A DNA stretch of 64,000 nt, taken from NCBI GenBank assembly GCA_010909165.1, contig MU008211.1, positions 248,001 through 312,000 of the forward strand, read 5' to 3'. Origin of the DNA: Anthoceros angustus. Its lineage: Eukaryota; Plantae; Anthocerotophyta. Shown here one piece after another: positions 60,528 through 64,000 of the stretch; positions within the stretch are counted from its first letter, which is position 1, and each line of letters begins with the position of its first letter. The position numbers were made by a program, and so were the translations under genes. The notes below the pieces were generated by a model. It was not told where the DNA came from. It made no database searches and was given only the letters and a program-made list of their open reading frames with translations.

Positions 60528-61250
60528 GAGGCGGTGAAGGATGTCGAGCGAGTTACCCCACGACGTCGATTGGTAGGGAACGCTGAAGCGATCAGTGCCC
60601 GGTCGATATCTTTGCTACGGGATGGGAATGCGGGGCGTTTTCGGGGCGGTTGTGGAAAGGGTGACGGTGTGGAAGTGGCTGCAATGTCGGATTGAAGGAA
60701 GTACGGTCAATCAATCCCACTTGATGGTCGAATGTGTGCGGAGCATTCGATAAACGTGAACATGTGAGGAGGCTACGGCTCGAAGTTGGATAGAGAGGAA
60801 TTCATTATTGATCTTTGCGCAAGCGGGCTCATCCCACCGGTGCGAAGTTTTGGACAAACGTGACGGTGTAGAGGTTCTCGGGCAACACCGTGAGTTGACC
60901 AAAGAAAGCGATATGTGGATGACATCTTAGAAGAGGCGGACGCTCTCACGGCCGGTGCGGAAGATGGACAAACCTCCACGATTTCCGTAAATAAGGTTGG
61001 GAAGCCGAAGGGCTGGCCCACACTCGTAAGGGGGCCCAATCTTATGCCTTTCGGAGAGGCGGGGGCACCGTGGTGGATCTCGGAAATGAGGTAGGTGAGC
61101 CCACGATGGAGCCGAAGGGCCATGGGGTTTGATGCGGGGGACCATCACGCGGGCATTTCAAACATATCGATGCAAGTTCTTTGGGTCAAGCGTTTGATCG
61201 ACTTGCAATGGCTGTTGAACGTGGGTCCGCCACACAAATATGTGCAAGGC
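60528..61250 (+). pseudogene. DNMT3-like domain, copy 3 (lacks motif I)
   Basis: LPHDV, GWEC (60620-60631), AGSSHR..FWTNV-like motif VIII, AMGFD, LGQAFD. Confidence 0.8.
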
Positions 61251-61547
61251 GGAGGTGATATGCATCTATCTGCTTGAAGAAGGCGAGTTTCCAATCAAAG
61301 GAGAGGTCATACGGCGAACACTGCAGGGCTGACGACAAGAGAGAGCGACGTAAACTCAACACATGAGTGGCGGATATGCGAAGAGTTAGAAGATCGGAAG
61401 ATTCGGGATATCTGCGAACGGCACACCTTCGCGTTTAGGCGAAATGAGGCGGTATGATCGTATCAAGTTCAAGATCACCACTACCACCAATGAACGATTA
61501 TTGGAGAGGCCGGTGAGTCCCATGGAGTGGGACATTGTGGATAGGAG

Positions 61548-62700
61548 ATGCAAGGAGGTGGCGGTGGACTAATCAGAAAGTCTACCTCGCAATATGCTGC
61601 GGCAACTGTGTTGCCGTTAAAAAAGGACGAGAATGGCGAATGGAACGACAGAAGGATGTGTGGAGACTATCGTGCTTTGAATGAGGTGACACCCATGGAG
61701 CGATATCCCATGCCGACGCCGGATGAAATCTTTGATGCCATTGGACAGGCCAAGTATTTCACTACATTGGATTTCCGGTCAGGATTCAATCAAATAGTCA
61801 TCGAAGAAAGAGACAAGTGCAAGACCGCGTTTTGGGGTAAGGACCAGCTGTGGGAGTGGGAAACAATGCCATTTGGTTTGAAAAACGCATCCATTTATTT
61901 TCATTGGTGGGCGATTTGTTCTGAGGGGATCGTTTGTAAGATGTTACATCGACGACATCTTAGTGTTCAGTGACAGCCTGGAAGAACATCTCCAACACCT
62001 TGAGATTTTCTTTGCAAAGATTGGCCAAATCAGGTTGAAGGCACACCCAAAGAAATGCAAGTTTGCTTACAAGGAGATAGAGTACTTGGGGCATAAGATA
62101 GTTCCGGTGGGGTGTTGCCTCGGTGGCCAAGGTGCGGGCAATTGATCTCATGCCCGGCCTAGAGACATTCGCCTTAAGGGCATTTTGGGACTTGTCAATT
62201 ACTACGCACGGTTTGTCCGAAACATGAGCATATGCAAGGTGTATGAATTGCTCAAGAAGGAGTGCCTTGGCGATGGGGACAAGCAGAAGAGGCTTGGCGA
62301 GTTGAAGAACCAAAGCTAGCGGAAGGCCAATGCTCAAAAGGCTGATTTTGATAAGCCATTTGTCTTATATACTGAGTGCGGCTGGTCTTGGGCCTTAGAC
62401 ATGTGAAGAAGGAAAGGAGCGAGTTGTCGCATATGCAAGTAGGTCCAACAATGCTGCGGAAGCAAACTACTCATCGTATGAAGGGGAATGCCTGGCTGCA
62501 GTTTGGGCGGTTTTACATTTCAGAGTGTATTTGTTTGGCCTGAGCTTTCAACTTGTCACAGATCATCAGCCCCTTCACTGGCTGATGACAAATATGAAAC
62601 TGAGTGGAAAACTTGCCCGATGGGCGCTTTTACTGTCAGAATATGACATGCAGATTGTGCACCGAGCGGGTAAAGTGCATCTCAATGCCGGTCTCGAGAA
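61548..62700 (+). pseudogene. pol: Gypsy RT + RNase H, copy 1
   Basis: RMCGDYRALN..YPMPTPDEIFD..FTTLDFRSGFNQI..KTAF; CYIDDILVFS (~61942-61970); EIEYLGHKI; LVTDHQPL..KLARWALLLSEYD. Confidence 0.92.
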
Positions 62701-62869
62701 ACCCAATGTGCGACAAAGGAGGTCATACGGCGAACACTGCGGGGGCTGGCGACAAGAGAGAACAGCGTAAACTCAACACATGAGTGGCAGATATGCGAAG
62801 AGTTAGAAGAAGCCGATCAACAGAAGATTCGGGATATCTTGCGTGGCACACCCGCGTTTAAATTTGAGT

Positions 62870-64000
62870 AGGCGGTATGATCGTATCAAGTTCAAGATCA
62901 CCACTACCACCAATGAACCGATTGAGACCGAGTCCCATGGAGTGGGACATTGTGGATAGGAGATGCAAGGAGCTGGCGGCTGGACTAATCGGAAAGTCTA
63001 CCTCGCAATATCTTGCGCAAGTTAAAAGACGAGAATGGCGAATGGAACGAGAAGGATGTGTGGAGACTATCGTGCTTTGAATGAGGTGACACCCATGGAG
63101 CGATATCCCATGCCCGGATGAAATCTTTGATGCCATTGGATGCCAAGTATTTCACTACATTGGATTTCCGGTCGATTCAATCAAATAGTCATCGAAGAAA
63201 GAGACAAGTGCAAGACCGCGTTTTGGGGTAAGGACCACTGTGGGAGTGGGAAACAATGCCATTTGGTTTGAAAACGCATCCATTTATTTTCATTGGTGGG
63301 CGATTTGGTTCTGAGGGGTTAAGATGTTACATCGACATCTTAGTGTTCGATGTGACTGGAAGAACATCTCCAACACCTTGAGATTTTGCTGCAAAGATTG
63401 GCCAAATCAGGATTGAAGGCACACCCAAAGAAATGCAAGTTTGCTTACAAGGAGATAGAGTACTTGGGGCATAAGATAGTTCCAGGTGGGGTGTTGCCTC
63501 AGCTGGCCAAGGTGCGGGCAATTGATCTCATGCCCGGCCTAGAGACATTGCTGCCTTAAGGGCATTTCTGGGACTTGTCAATTACTACCGCCGGTTTGTC
63601 CGAAACATGAGCAGCATATGCAAGGTACTGTATGAATTGCTCAAGAAGGGAGTGCCTTGGCGATGGGGACGAGAACAGGAACAGGCTTGGCAGGAGTTGA
63701 AGAACCAGCTAGCGGAAAGGCCAATACTCAAAAGGCCTGATTTTGATAAGCCATTTGTCTTATATACGGACTGGAGTGCGGCTGGTCTTGGAGCTGTGCT
63801 GGCCCAGACAGATGAAGAAGGAAAGGAGCGAGTTGTCGCATATGCAAGCAAGTCTAACAATGCTGCGGAAGCAAACTACTCATCGTATGAAGGGGAATGC
63901 CTGGCTGCAATTTGGGCGGTTTTACATTTCAGAGTGTATTTGTTTGGTGAGCTTTCAACAGCGGATCATCAGCCCCTTCACTGGCTGATGACAAATATGA
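62870..64000 (+). pseudogene. pol: Gypsy RT + RNase H, copy 2, truncated by the window edge
   Basis: Near-copy of 61450-62600. RNase H here reads DFDKPFVLYTDWSAAGLGAVLAQ..YAS..EANYSSYEGECLA. Confidence 0.9.

Larger units (their letters stand above)
55690..64000 (+). mobile_element. Ty3/Gypsy LTR retrotransposon with order gag-protease-DNMT-RT-RNase H; runs off the window; internal tandem duplications
   Basis: gag, zinc-knuckle remnant (~57172-57215), LVDTG protease, C5-methyltransferase motifs, GDYRALN/YIDD RT, RNase H SSYEGECLAAVWAV..TDHQPL..KLARW. RT-RH wording resembles moss Phygy-type elements (from memory). Confidence 0.9.

Noticed and set aside
58421-61250. Bacterial restriction-modification methyltransferase or contamination
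   Set aside because: Motifs follow DNMT3-type wording and sit between retroviral-type protease and RT; no restriction enzyme or bacterial gene context.

Overview
Transposon-dense nuclear DNA from a non-seed land plant, most likely a hornwort. This rests on a bryophyte/fern-type 5.8S fragment and two PLS-type PPR genes whose DYW:KP domains end in GRP. Contents in order: an AT-rich 1.6-kb tandem duplication; a CRE-like (restriction-like-endonuclease) non-LTR retrotransposon interrupted by a rearranged 5.8S-ITS2-26S fragment; a MULE/SWIM remnant; several Ty1/Copia elements, four with an extra coiled-coil ORF upstream of gag; a Sola2-like transposase remnant; a three-level nest of LTR elements with intact target-site duplications; a tandem pair of PPR-DYW:KP (GRP) genes; a second CRE-like element; and a Ty3/Gypsy element at the right end. 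The strongest signal is that this Gypsy element carries a DNMT3-like C5 cytosine methyltransferase domain (motifs I, IV, VI, VIII, IX, X) between protease and RT. Caveat: many ORFs are frameshifted, and several tandem duplications differ mainly by indels. Local consensus error cannot be separated from true decay without reads. All calls come from manual motif reading; no database searches were run.
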